DNA of 64,000 nucleotides from Pavona decussata (Eukaryota): NCBI GenBank assembly GCA_977016875.1, contig CDRNST010000054.1, positions 682,001 to 746,000 of the forward strand, read 5' to 3'. Shown piece by piece: positions 37,150 to 50,254 of this stretch (position 1 is its first letter; each line of letters starts with the position of its first letter). The notes under the pieces were generated by a model. It saw only the letters and a program-made list of their open reading frames with translations, ran no database searches and was not told where the DNA came from. The position numbers and the translations under genes were made by a program.

Positions 37150-37670
37150 AAAACTGCCGCGAGCCTCCTTAAGAACAGATTCCATAGTTGTTTTTTCGAA
37201 GATAGCAGTCGATACTTTAGAGAAAAGCTCTGATAGACGAGGGCTCTTCCTGGTCTCCGTTTTTTTTTTTTTTTTTTTTTTTTTTTTTCGAACAGCAAGC
37301 ACAAACATTTTGATCATTGCTTGTAGTTCTACTTCTCTTTTGTCGTCGCAAGTTTGGTGAAATTCTCTGAAAATCTTTAGATCATCCAGCGTTTTCTTCT
37401 TAGTATTCTCAATCTTTTGTGGTTCGGAAAATGCATTTACATCGTCGTCGCTTACCACTGAACAAAACCTGCAGGCGCCATTAGTTTATTCTGAACAGCA
37501 AACTAAGTTCATTCAACAAACATTGCGGCAGTCGTGACGTCATTGGCCGATATGTCACTCGCGAGAGTGACACAAGGAAAATACGTCCCTTAGGTCCCGG
37601 ATGTAGTGGTTTATGGATTCTACGAGTGTTTAGTTTTCAGTAAAACACTCCCGTCCATGTAATAAATGCA
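37150..37670 (-). mobile_element. Crypton fragment (YR N-terminus + end sequence)
   Basis: VSDDDVNAFSE..ENTKKKT..FVLAVRKK; end sequence resembles 29060-29150. Confidence 0.7.
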
Positions 37671-39900
37671 GTTAAGCTTTATTTTCGCGGAGACCAATCA
37701 CATGTTCATTGTTGGCACATCTAGACTTACTGCATACTTTTATTTCCTTTGCTGCCAATAAACAGCCATGAGCTTTTTTATGAACATTAGCGATTATAAA
37801 AATAAATGATGTGCCGGTGTCTGGTGTTACCAACCAAAGTGGATATGTACCTAACAAAAAACTAGTAAGCCCCTTAATCTCTGACAATTTGGTGGAAAAA
37901 CTTATGTGCGGAATATAGGAATGAACTGGAAGGTGAATAGCAAATACTACCTGCAGTTTGGGTAGCCATTTCAGAGTGCACAATAAACACTCCTCCTCGT
38001 GTTTGATGTATACTAATGATAGTAATTGGCATATTGGAAAAAAGAGTGAAGCCAGAACAGGGTTAAATAGGACAGTTCCTTCACATGGTATCAATCCCAC
38101 CTGGAGTGTCCTGGATAAGTAAGAATAAAGTACATTTCTTAAGTCCAGAATACGAGAAGTGACACTCTGTAGTGCAGAGTTCATTCCCTCAGCCAACAAC
38201 ACCTACTTAATTCATTTCATACAATTTATGTCCCTCTCATAACCCTACCCCACCTTGTCCTGATGTTACAAGTAAAGTTACAAAGCTATTTTTGCATTTT
38301 TTATTCCAGTTTTTTAAAAATATAAATATGAGCATTCTTAAAGATAAATCCACTGCTATTGCTTCCACGACTTCCATTAAATGTACGAGCTAAATGTAAG
38401 AGGGGGAGGGGGTGGGGCTGGGGAAGCGGATTCCCACCCTTTTGAGTTTTTTTCTTTTCAATGAAAATAAAATTCCTAGCTGTTTTATTATATAAATTAC
38501 TGCTAAAATACAAACATTACACAATATTATGGTAAGAACATTTCAATAACATTTCGAAACAACTATGACAATAACCGGCTCATTTATGTCCTTACCAGTG
38601 ATCAGCCCATGGAGTGACCTCTGCCGATAACTTGAAAAATACACCAACAATAATTTGATATTTGTGCGACTAATTATATTTTTTTATTGCAGACAAATCA
38701 TTTTACACATGGCCATCGCATCTCCTGCCTTTATCTTACAGGTTTATACAGAAAACACAGTGTAAATAGTTTTATATGTTGATATCTAAATTTATAGAAT
38801 TTTACTATTTTCAGTTTAAGAATAGCTTTTTGAACACAAGCTTGCACGGAAAGTAAAAAGACTGAATGGCACTGTTTATGAGGTTTTCTTCAATCCGTGT
38901 GTTGTATACTTAAGTATTTTCGAGATTAAAAGTCGTGGATAAATTCAAACGAGGACAACAAAATGTGCATATTTTCCTATAAAGGAATAAAGGTGAAAAT
39001 CATCAAAAACGGATACAGAACAGTTTTAATACAAACTTAAACGTGAAACTATTTATCCCTAATTAAAAATGTAAACCAGTTTAAGAAAGCATAGGGAGCA
39101 CTTTAACCACTCCTAAAGAGAACTATTCACGTTGTTACCGTGTTAAGCCAAGTGACACTTCTGGTACATGTGACGTCTTCGAGGCCATTTCTGACAACGG
39201 ATTCAAGACGTAAAAAATGAAGTAAATCGGGGGAGCGTTTATACTTTGGACTAGGTCAAGGTCTATAGAAACACTCTAAACCGTTTTCAATGATCAATGG
39301 ACAATGCTTTGAAATTGTAACTCACGAGAAAAAGGGTTCAAATTACATGCTCTGCTAGAATGAATTTCCGTGTTAGTTGTTTTGGTTTAAATAAACGGAT
39401 ATTGTGAACTTTGTTAACACAAACACAATGTAAGTAAATTATGGATCCTGTAGCCAAAGGAAGCAAGCGCATGTAAACAATTTTTCCACCTTTAAACGAA
39501 GCACACAACTTGCTAATTTTTCTCGTTTTGCCCCCATCTTGAAAATTCTACGTCGACAAGGCAACGCGATCCTAGTGTGCACACAGCCGGACTGGCTACA
39601 AAGGCCTACACCTTTGGCATCCAATGACTGCATTTTGATTGACATGTTCCACCACAAGCAAGAGGCAACATAAACGAGGACGAAGAATGTCTTTAAAATA
39701 ATTTAATAATTTAGATGGAATCAACAATGAAGGCTGTTGTCAAAACCAGTAGGAAAGTGAGATGAAATTGATTGGTTGACGAAGATAAAAGAGGCAAGTT
39801 GTTCTCAGATTTTGATGTACATTGGAACAAGCTAATGTGGCTGAATTGCCAACTCAAGAACTAAGAAGAATGCTATCATACTGATTGAACGGCTCCTTTA

Positions 39901-41352
39901 GGAGCTACCAAATAAAACAAAAGCCGGGCTATGGCCAAAACTGACCTTGTAATAGGCGATTTTCAAGAAATTCCGAATATATGAAATTGCTTGGAATACA
40001 TTACAATAGTTGTAAAAGGGATAATTAATGCGCGCATTGCGTGTGACGTTTAAAGAACTCGGCATAATCAAATGTACAGCTCACTGGAAAACTGCTTTAT
40101 GCCATTCAGTTACCACAAGGCTAGGTCTTTATGTTGTTTGGTATTAATTTCCGTTTCTCCCCTCCTTCGGTTAACGCGTTTTTTAAACGAGCCATACAAC
40201 TTGTATGGTTTCCTTGTTTTCTCTGACTATGTATTTCCATTCCCAACTTTACCAGCCACGTGTTTCTACGCGTTTGTTACTTCGGCTCGCGTGTTTTTAG
40301 AACGAGCCAAACATGCATGTATTGATTGCCTCTTTCATCCACTACATCTATTGTTGCCTTGGTTTTGTTTTGTTTTGTTTTATTTTTTGCCATTTATTTC
40401 CGTTCCATACTTTAACAATGGCATGTTTATCTACGTTTGTTACTTCGGCTGGCGTGTATAAGAACGAGATATACATGGATGTATTGTTGGCTTGTTTTCT
40501 GTTGTTATTTCTTTAGCAATGGCGTGTTTATTTGCGTTTGTTACCTCGCTGGTGTGTTTTTAGAAGGAGTCATACATGCATGTATCATCTACTAGTTTCG
40601 TCTAAAGTTTTTGTCCGTTCTCTACTTGCCTGCCGTTTTTGTAAACGAAATATTTATCGTTTTACTGGAACCCTTACTTAATAAAATACGAGTCAACGAG
40701 TCGTACCACTTGAACGAGTCGTACGACTCGTACGAAGTGACTTGGCCACGACGTTCTTTAATTAGACGCAACTTCACCACTGTAAGACTCCTACAAGTTG
40801 ACTAGGCTGGCAACCTTCTTTAAGGAGATGCAGTTTCACCACTTGTACGAATCGACGCTTAGCCGCTTCGTAATAAGATGCCAGGTCACTACTTGGACCA
40901 AAAATAAACTTCATGTTATTTAATGATAAGTATCACACTCACAACTTGCAAAAGTCGTTCGACTGGTACGAGTCGTACCAGTTAAATCTTCACTTTTAAG
41001 ACTTGAACAAGTGGTGACATGAATGAATACTCCAGGTCAGTAATGTTAGAATTAAGAGTTGATATCAACGAAATCATTCCTTGAGAGAACAATAACGGAA
41101 ATTAATACCAAACAACATCAAGACCTAGCCTTGTGGTAACTGAATGGCATAAAGCAGTTTTCCAGTGAGCTGTACATTTGATTATGCCGAGTTCTTTAAA
41201 CGTCACACGCAATGCGCGCATTAATTATCCCTTTTACAACTATTGTAATGTATTCAAAGCAATTTCATATATTCGGAATTTCTTGAAATTCGTTACAGTG
41301 TTACAAGGTCAGTGTTGGCCATAGCCAGGCTTTTGTTTTATTTGGTAGCTCC
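39901..41352. repeat. Long inverted repeat, ~255-bp arms (39901-40155 / 41094-41352)
   Basis: Near-perfect reverse complements around a ~940-bp spacer; no TSD seen. Confidence 0.9.
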
Positions 41353-41846
41353 AAAACATTGTTTTGTCAAATTCTGCTTTCTGCGAGAAACATCATTCGA
41401 GCCCCAGACTTTCTGGTAAATGTTCGAGCGCTTGTGATGTAAATTTTTAGTGAAGTACTTTTTATTGGCGAATGTTTTGTATTCCTAATAACATTCCCGA
41501 AAGTTTTGAGAAAACTGTTCAGTTTGGGACAACAAACGTACCCTTTAAATTGACTGACACGGCACGCGAAATGGCTTGCTACATAGAGGAAAAATTGAAC
41601 GTATTTGGTTACAAGGAATAAATAAATCTGAATTATTATGTTTTGTTTAGGAGAGGCTTGTTGTTGCTAGGGCTGGGAAAACACCATTTTGAGGCCAAGC
41701 GATTCTCCGGAAGTGAAACTATGTCCAAGCAATGGCTTACAATACGATGCGATCTATGCGGAGACTTTCTTCTCTTGTAAGGTTAAGAAAGGTCCTGCTA
41801 GCAGGGCGAGGTACAGTGCACTATCATTGTAAAATGATAATGCACT

Positions 41847-42779
41847 TTACGGTTGTTTCCGTTGTTTCGACAGCTGATCACTTCTCCATTTATCTATCTA
41901 CTTTCATTTTATTGTGTAAATCATCTCACCGTACGCCACAAACTTAATGATTTAAGCACCACAGGGTATAAGCAAAGGATGTTATTGTTTATATCTACTT
42001 TCGCTAAATGGTTTAGGGTGTTTGAACTATATTTTCACCATAAACGGCCCCATAAGCTTTCTAGCTTTAACTTTTACCGTGAATAAATAAAGTTGATTGA
42101 TTGATTGATTGATTGATTGATTAATTGATTAAAACAATTCAATTTGTGAATCTTATCTCTTTCAAATAATTGAAATTTCATTTCAAAACATTATTTCATT
42201 TTACGGTTGTTTCCGGTGCTTGAACAGCTGATCACTTCTCCATTGATCTATCTACTTTTATTTTATTGTTTAAATCATCTCACCGTACGCCACAAACTTA
42301 ATGATTTAAGCATCATAGGGTATAAGTAAAGGATGTTATTGTTTACATCTACTTTTGCTAAATGGTCTAGGGTGTTTGAACTATATTTTCACCATAAACG
42401 GCCCCATAAGCTTCTAGCTTTAACTTTTACCGTAGATAAATAAAGTTTATTGATTGATTGATTGATTGATTAAAACAATTCAGTTTGTGAATCTTATCTC
42501 TTTCAAATAATTGAATTTCATTTTAAAACGTTAATTCCATTTTACGGTTGTTTCTGGTGTCTGAACAGCTGATCACTTCTCCATTGATCTATCTACTTTT
42601 ATTTCATTGTTTAAATCATCTCACCGTACGCCACAAACTTAATGATTCATTTTGTATAAGTAAAGAATGTTATTGTTTATATCTACTTTCGCTAAATGGT
42701 CTAGGGTGTTTGAACTATTTTACACCTGGTATGGCCCCATAAGCTTTCTAGCTTTAATTTCTACCGTGGATAAATAAAG

Positions 42780-42837
<58 letters not shown>

Positions 42838-42877
42838 AAAACAACTCAGTTTGTGAATCTTATCTCTTTCAAATAAT
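41847..42877 (+). repeat. Three tandem ~340-bp units, each with a LINE-like 3' tail and (GATT)n
   Basis: TTTACGGTTGTTTC...GGCCCCATAAGCTT..AAATAAAGTT(GATT)n x3. Confidence 0.9.
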
Positions 42878-43246
42878 CTCGTAATCTCGTTGACTTACCT
42901 TATATTATGCTGGTTTTGCTGATTTCACACCGATTCACTCCTTTGTTGTCCTCATTTCAAATCAGTGACATTTCTTCAATTGCCCAGGCCTGACTTCTCC
43001 CACCAGCTTATTTTTTGGCTTTTAACAGAAGTAAAAAAGTGTCGAAGTCGGTCTCGTTTGGCTAAACTCATAGCACTTAGTGTTTGTTTACCTTTATAAG
43101 GCAAATGCTGTCAAATTGGTCCTTTTAATCGTTAATAACTGGAAGCTGATCAAGCAAACAATTCAATAAAACAGAGAACAAGTTATTTTCAACATCAAAC
43201 AATTTTTTCTTCATTTCAGCACCCATAACCAGTCCAAAAGCTCACC

Positions 43247-46103
43247 ATGAAGTTTCTGATTTCGTGTGTTTTTTTGGTAGTCTTTGGAACTCTTGTGGGT
43301 AATATTAATGGCCATTCATGATAGAAATTGTAATTCTCTTCAGATTTTACTTTTTTCTGACTTCATGTAGCCGCAAATGCTCCGGTTAATGTATTTTACT
43401 TTGTCTAGCATAGTGATTTAAATTGCATCTTGTTAATATTAAATAGTAATTTTTTCACTTTAGTCTTAAGTTTGCCCCTTCGCTTACAAGTAGCTACTAG
43501 AAAAGATTAACAATTTTTGGAAAAGCACTTACAATATGTGTTGATGTCTTGACTGTTAGTAATGAATTCTCTTTTGTTTCTCTGACAAGTGCACGGCTTG
43601 CAGTGTTTTACGTGCACTAGTGATACATCTATGGATGACTGCTCTTCGAAGCAGAAAAAGAGTACATGCCCTGCTAATTTATCAAGTGTTTTCTGCGGTA
43701 AACTGGAAGTTAAAGATGAAAGTGGAGTTACCCAACGTTTTACCAAAGGTATCTTGAGCAGTTAATTCAAGTAATAAATACTTATAAGACTATTTTAAAA
43801 CAATGTTTTTTTTATCTTATAATTAAATAAAGTTCCAAATAGCAGTTTCGAATGGTACTGAAAACAGAACTAGAATCCGCTGTGAGAGTATTCCTGAAAA
43901 GAGTAGGAGAAAATGAATCGATATCTTCCGTGGAAACTGCCCGAGGGATGGTTTCGCCACTTTTGTAGCTTTTTCCTTATCCTTTCGCCTCCATTTTCAT
44001 CTGATTAAGGAATTATTTCAGTTTAACGACTTCACATAAATATTTTATTACAATCACAGCGGGGCATACTACTACATTAAAGCAAAAAAGTGGCTTAAGA
44101 AGGGAACAGAACTTTCGTACCAGTTGATACTCAACTCCTCATGATAAAAACTACGAATATCAGTGGGGCTGGCTGTTTTCGAGGGTCTTTTCCTTCCAAA
44201 ATGTAGGCTTGAGGTCGGATTTTTGATTTATGGTTGCATCCACATTATTCCTTAGAAGACGTACTTTGCCGCACATTATCTCTCACAGCCAGGATCGCGA
44301 AGTCTCGGAGAAACATAACAGTGCTAAGGCCCTAAGTTGCTTTTTATTGCTGGCGGTTACTACAGTAAGCACCGGCTTGTTATGAAGGTCTAAATGTTCG
44401 TATGTTTAGCACAGTTGACACTAGAAATGAAATCAGTTGATAGTAATTCACAGGAAATTGTTTTTGCCGTGCCACCTCAAAGTTTCATTGTAACAATGGA
44501 GACAGAATACCTTCCCACTAGGTTTAGAAGTGCTCAGGAAAAGAAGGATTGAGGAATGAAATGTTCAACTTTGTTATCATTAAGTTAAGCTTCGGAATGT
44601 CGATATTTAAATTACATTTCTTGGATATAACTAAATAATCTGTGTCAGCGCTAGCATTTGTTCGCCCAGAATGGCATTTTTTTTTTAACCAAAAAGTAAT
44701 TCGGACACGACATCCAATAATTTAATGATTTTAGGATGTTTTAGCTGTGTTTAACTTAACAGCCCGAATTATGGTCGGAGTAAAATGTAACAAATTCCAA
44801 AGGGAGCTGGCAGCGAGAGACTATTATTTATTTGAAAAAAGGGGTGAGCCTTTTTTTTTTTCGTAAATTTAAGAGTAATTTTTATGAATAAAGGTTTTCA
44901 ATTGTGAATTGATGATTCTGTTTTTTGTGACGAAGGATGCTTTTCCGAGGACGTCTGTGTTGGGGACTTTTTCCCTTGTAATCAACCAGGAGTCGACTGC
45001 AAAGGAGATTGTTGCTTTTATGACCTGTGCAATGGCGAAGGTACGTATACATCAATGTAAAATCACTTGTACAGATCTCTCTGAGCTAGAGAATCAATTT
45101 AGTATTACACTTTATATGTTTGAAACAGTCGCAAGAAGCAACCTGCAACCCGCTGGAACCAAAACGCAACTGCCCAAAGGTTAACACATTGCACAACTCT
45201 TATCATCACACAACCTTGTCTGTCATCGTCCTTTCCATATGAATTGGATGCTATTTCGGTGAACCACTTTGCAAGACGTGTCGCATCACACAACCTTGTC
45301 TGTCATCGTCCTTTCCATATGAATTGGATGCTATTTCGGTGAACCACTTTGCAAGACGTGTCGCATTGAAAACTACGTTTGATGAGTTATCTTAAGAGGC
45401 ACTGAGATACTCTTCTGCCGTACAAATAATTCATTTAATGAATGTGATCAAGAGAGGATGAATCCTCTCTTGATGTGATTTATTTATAACTTTGTGCTTG
45501 TCAGCGTTAACATGTACGATTGCTATTATCTTGCTGAAAGATCTGTTCTCTTTTGCACCTGACATTTTTCAAACGTATAGTCTGGAGGATAAATAAAAAG
45601 AAAGTTTTTCGTGATTCTCCTTATTGTATGAAAAACATTAAAAACTCCTTCTTTCTTTCCAGTGCGACAGCAGTACCGCAGTACAGTTGTGGCCATCCTC
45701 TCCTTCGTTTAAAGTGATAAACGTAATGGTGACGTTTCCACTCAAGCAATATACTTCCTTTTTTTCCTGCGAAAGCAGGAATTCAACGTCCTCCTATTTT
45801 TGTATAATGTTTCTTAACATAGCCTTTCTCTGTATGTTAGGGGGGCACATAGAGCCAACCTTTTGTCATCATTGTACCAGTACCACGTCACTGGAAGATT
45901 GTTCTAAGCAGCAACAGAGTCGGCAGTGCCCTACTGGTTGGAACAAGTGCGGCATCCTGGAAACTCCTCACCAAGGGAAGACGAGTTATCTGAAAGGGTG
46001 CTTTACTACACAATTGTGCCAACAGTTTTGCGCCGGCGGACCTAATGACGTAATTGGGCTTGAATGTGAATTATCCTGCTGTGGAAAAAATTTGTGTAAC
46101 TGA
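43247..46103 (+). CDS. Secreted Ly6/uPAR (three-finger) protein with two LU domains; exons 43247-43298, 43590-43748, 44936-45040, 45841-46103
   Basis: Signal peptide MKFLISCVFLVVFGTLVVHG; LQCFTC...KGC...CCFYDLCN and FCHHC...KGC...CCGKNLCN*; all introns GT-AG phase 1; AATAAA at ~46172. Confidence 0.85.
45204..45365. repeat. Perfect 80-bp tandem duplication in an LU-gene intron
   Basis: CATCACACAACCTTGTC...GACGTGTCG twice, period 80. Confidence 0.95.
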
Positions 46104-47971
46104 GTATTCACATTTGCCGATATTTGTTAATTACTTGTCATTGAGAATGAACAAAAAGTAAATTAAACAAGAATAAACCAAAATTAAAACAATTTAAATC
46201 ATCTTGATCTTGGCTTCATTACTGAGATCTAAATGTCAAAAAACCAGGCTTTAAATTCTTATAGACAGAACGTTTTGGCTTTCTTGAGGCATACATAATT
46301 ATCTTCCTTGAACAGTATGAGGTGAACTGAATAGGATATCCGAGAAACTAGTGCAGCCAAATAAAAGTATCAAACGGTAGAGATGGCGATGGTGAAATGG
46401 AAGGTGAAGTTAGTGGCGATAGTGACCATCATCTGATTTCGGCTTACAAAATTACCACTATATGCAGGTCATGGCAATAGAGGAAATGATCACCAACGAT
46501 AAAACAGATTGACGACCAAATCCTCCTAGCTAGTGTCATAAGAAATTATGGAGAACAACGAGGGGAATATGCATACCGATAATGGGATTGAATGGTCCAT
46601 TCTAAACGTGAACAGCCTAGGCCTGATCTCGACGCCGTTCTGCTCCATTGCCGAACCTAATTGATGATTACGTCCGGCTAAAGAGCGGCGTCTAAATCAG
46701 TTTAGTACGACAGTTTTGAATTGGTGCGGCAAACGTCGGCAAGTTCTCTAGGGTCGGTCGGCCAAACTGTGTGCCCCAATAATAATCTGACTTACTGATC
46801 AGTATAATACAAGTTGCTTGCTCACGCAGTTTTCATAAATAAAGCGACAAAATTATTGTTAGCCGGGGTTTACTACATCACATCAAATCGCGGTGTTTCG
46901 AGCTGCGGCCTACCTGAAGTGCAAAACAACAGAAAGTTTGGTCAAGGCCGCTTGCGACGGCTATCGTGTTTCGATGCACCTCCCAAATTGACACCCTAAT
47001 TTCTTGTACACCCCTCCATTGCACTCATCACTTTGCTTCTCAAGACAACAATCTTGTTCTCCTTGTTTGAAGTTTCTAAGTTGTGATAGTATGGATAACT
47101 GTATGGAAAACTGAAAACAACCCTCAAATTGAACGAATTTTAAGTGATTTACGGATTAACTCCTGTTCGCCACAGGTTGTACAATTCGCATTTGACGAAA
47201 TTTCAAAGATCGAAAAAAAAAGAAATTTTATTTGACGGAAATTATTTGATATGGGACAAACAAACACAGTATATGGAAAGCGCCGACAAAACTTGAGCGC
47301 GCCTGGTCGGGGGGAGGGGGGGGGGGGAGGCTGGGGGTATGCTCACCCGCGGGAAAATTCACAACTTTGGCTTTTATTGAAGGTTGTGGAGATCCGTATG
47401 GGGATGTAGATTAGCCTAAATTAATACGGATACGCATGCGTCGACCCAAACGCTACTTACTTAGGCAATCCACATCTCCAGATGCAATTCGAAGACTTTC
47501 CTACAGATATAGCAACAGCTACCACATAGATAGTGTGGTGCTGGCGCTTAAAGGGGTACTATTACAGCCGTCTTAGCGGTGAAGGCCACGTGAACTCGGC
47601 TTTCGGGTCGTATAGGAGCATGACGACTATTCCACGCTGATGAGATCTAACAAGGTCGAATCGGTTGTCCGTAACTACCACTCATTGGGTGATAAGACTG
47701 ACCGCATGCGCAAAGTATTGTTCATACCACACCAAGTTGAGTAGGGTTAAATACCTGGTACTTAGAAGAAACATTCCAGGTTAACAACGTTGTTTCAACT
47801 CAATATTTGATTTAGTTGTTTAGAACACACTGGTAAGCATCCCACTTGTAGTTTGTGTGTGGTTTAGCAGTGCTTTGAGATTTTCCGTTATTATTATACT
47901 TGTCGCTCGCAGTCGACTTCCTGAAAGTATGGTAGACACAGAGTAATACGAAGAACTTCGTTATTCTCCAG

Positions 47972-49757
47972 GCGTGCGTTTCTCAAAACTCCCGAGAACT
48001 TTTCGGGTCCCGAAAAGTGTTTCTCAAAACACCCGAAAGTGTCCCGAATTGTCTCCCGATATTTTCGGGAATCTTTTCGTGTTAGAGCTAGAAAGATTGT
48101 TTTAGAACAGTTTTTTTTAGAGTAAAACTCTAATTTTTTCCAGCTGAAAACTGTAACTGTATTTGTAAAATAAATTTACGTGTAAATGCTGTTCCTAAAA
48201 ACAGATTTCAGCGCAGATACTACTGAGCTAACTGGTTCACAACGTGAAGACTTTGGTTTCTATTTTAATCATGACCTTTCAAATTCACCGTTGTTGCAGT
48301 TCGTCAATGTTTCCATATACCTGTCAAACCGTCAAGACTTGTCAAAGTTTCCATGATACTATTGGCTACTCGTTTGAATGAACTGAAAACGTTGCTTGCA
48401 AATTCCCCAAAAATAACAAGTCAAGGGATGTTTTGGTTTTGAGCAAGTTTTAGCGTCCTCGGACACCGCATTACCGTGAACTCGAAATTTCGAGGTGGAG
48501 GCTGATAATTATACAAGAAATAAGTTGTACTGCAAGAAAATGGCTTATCACATTTGCAGCTTAGCGTTGTCCTATGAAAGTTTTCCAGAATCAGACAAGG
48601 TGGGTATCCATCATGTTTTTTTAGTTGTTGTTTTTGATTTTCTTTTACGAAGTTGCTGTACAACCTGTTTGGCGAATACTTTTTCTACATTACCTGAGGA
48701 TGAAATGATAAATTAAGAGATACCTAAGTCTAGATATAAGTCACTGAGGATAAATTTCAGTAGCCTGTGTCTTTTAAGCTAGCGCTTTCTTACCATGCAC
48801 CATGGATTCATGCACAAACGGGGAGTGGTAATGAGTCCTTCGGTTGCGGTTAGTGATTAAGGCGATCGAGATGTTCTAAGTCAACACAAAACTTAAGCCA
48901 ATGTTGTCCACTGTATGAAGACTTATATCCTTAGTGAAAGCTTTCTATTTTACAATAAAATAAGCTTAAGTTGAGCTTTAATAATTCTTAAAGCACGAAA
49001 TCGAGCGCCATGAATCCGGTTACAGTTTTCGCAATGTCGGCGAGTAAATAGGCTAATTTCAGTTTGAAAACATTTGACTACATTTGTAGGTTTTGAAGTT
49101 GAGCTTCTTCTCAACCGATTTACGTTAAAATAGACACAATTAATTGTCCGTTATACACTTAAAATATAAAAATTTAACCACACTTTCAAACTCGGCAATA
49201 TGCAAACCGCTGAGGAAACTATCAAACTTTCTTTATTTAGTCTATAATCTCTCAAAAATCAAGTTTTTTAAGTACGAATTTCACTTCTTTTGCCTTGTCG
49301 GTCGTCATTCTTTGAAAGTTCAACTTAAAATACCTGATTTGTAAGAGTTACCTTCGTAAATTTACTGGAATCAACAAAATCTTCAAGTTCATCTATACGA
49401 CGTTCTTGCGCGCACTAACGCATGTAAACATGTGAGATTTTCAGAAATTTTCTCTTGGTTTTTAAACATTTTTAGCTTGAGTCTAGCCCAGTATATGTCA
49501 ATTAACTCAAACTCTCGTTTTGGATAATTTTTTCCTTGATAATAGTAACGCAATACAACCATTTAACTGAAAAAAGCATTCCCGAAAACTCATTTCGAGA
49601 GCTTTCTAGCACCCGAAAATTATCGGGGAAAATTACGTGACTTTTCTCGGGCCCGGAAATTTCCTGCGCTTTGAGAAACACCAGAAAGCGTTTTCGGGAG
49701 CTTTACGGGGAGCTTTTCGGGCCCGAGAAGTTCTCGGGAGTTTTGAGAAACGCACGC
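47972..49757. mobile_element. Non-autonomous PIF/Harbinger element
   Basis: CAG TSD; ~30-bp TIR GCGTGCGTTTCTCAAAACTCCCGAGAACTT; subterminal CCCGA repeats; no transposase seen. Confidence 0.85.
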
Positions 49758-49760
49758 CAG

Positions 49761-49993
49761 GACCCAGTTGTTCAAAGCCCGATTAAGCTAATCCTGGGGT
49801 AACGTGAATTTTGATTCGAGTTTAATTACTAATCAGTGAAGACTCTTGAAAAAGATTTTGTTCCTCAGTTTTGACTTAGATTTTCTTTACTGTTACCTTA
49901 AAATTAGCTTTTAAAAACATTTTAAATGAGCTAGACGAAGACCTCGGTTAAATTGTAATCGAGGAATAGCGTTAATCGGCTTTCAAACAACCG
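49761..49993. mobile_element. Harbinger-type MITE abutting the previous element
   Basis: GACCCAGTTGTTCAAAGCCCGATTAAGCTAATCC ... GGAATAGCGTTAATCGGCTTTCAAACAACCG. Confidence 0.7.
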
Positions 49994-50254
49994 TTAGTTC
50001 TGCCCTGAATTGAACGGTTTTTAAAATTGTTATCTGAATTCAGTGGGGTTTTTGAAACCGTTTGAAGAGTTAATCAGTGATTCGTTCGGAACTGTAGGAT
50101 CCTGCTCTAGGGCTGGACATTAAATTTGTTTCAGATTAAATTGTTTTTTCGGACGGACTGTCAAGAAATTTAATTGAAAGGTCAAAATCTAGTGGTAAAA
50201 GACGATCAGCAGTAATTTCAACACTATGACAGATATTTTTTATTTGCTTCATCA

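Noticed and set aside
37672-39657. 176-aa ORF and a possible TAG-ended (Academ-like) terminus near 39598
   Set aside because: No recognisable motifs; no partner end or TSD found
45687-45840. N-terminal part of the 138-aa ORF as a signal peptide for the second LU domain
   Set aside because: Starts at GTG and reads through a polypyrimidine tract/AG acceptor; better explained as intron
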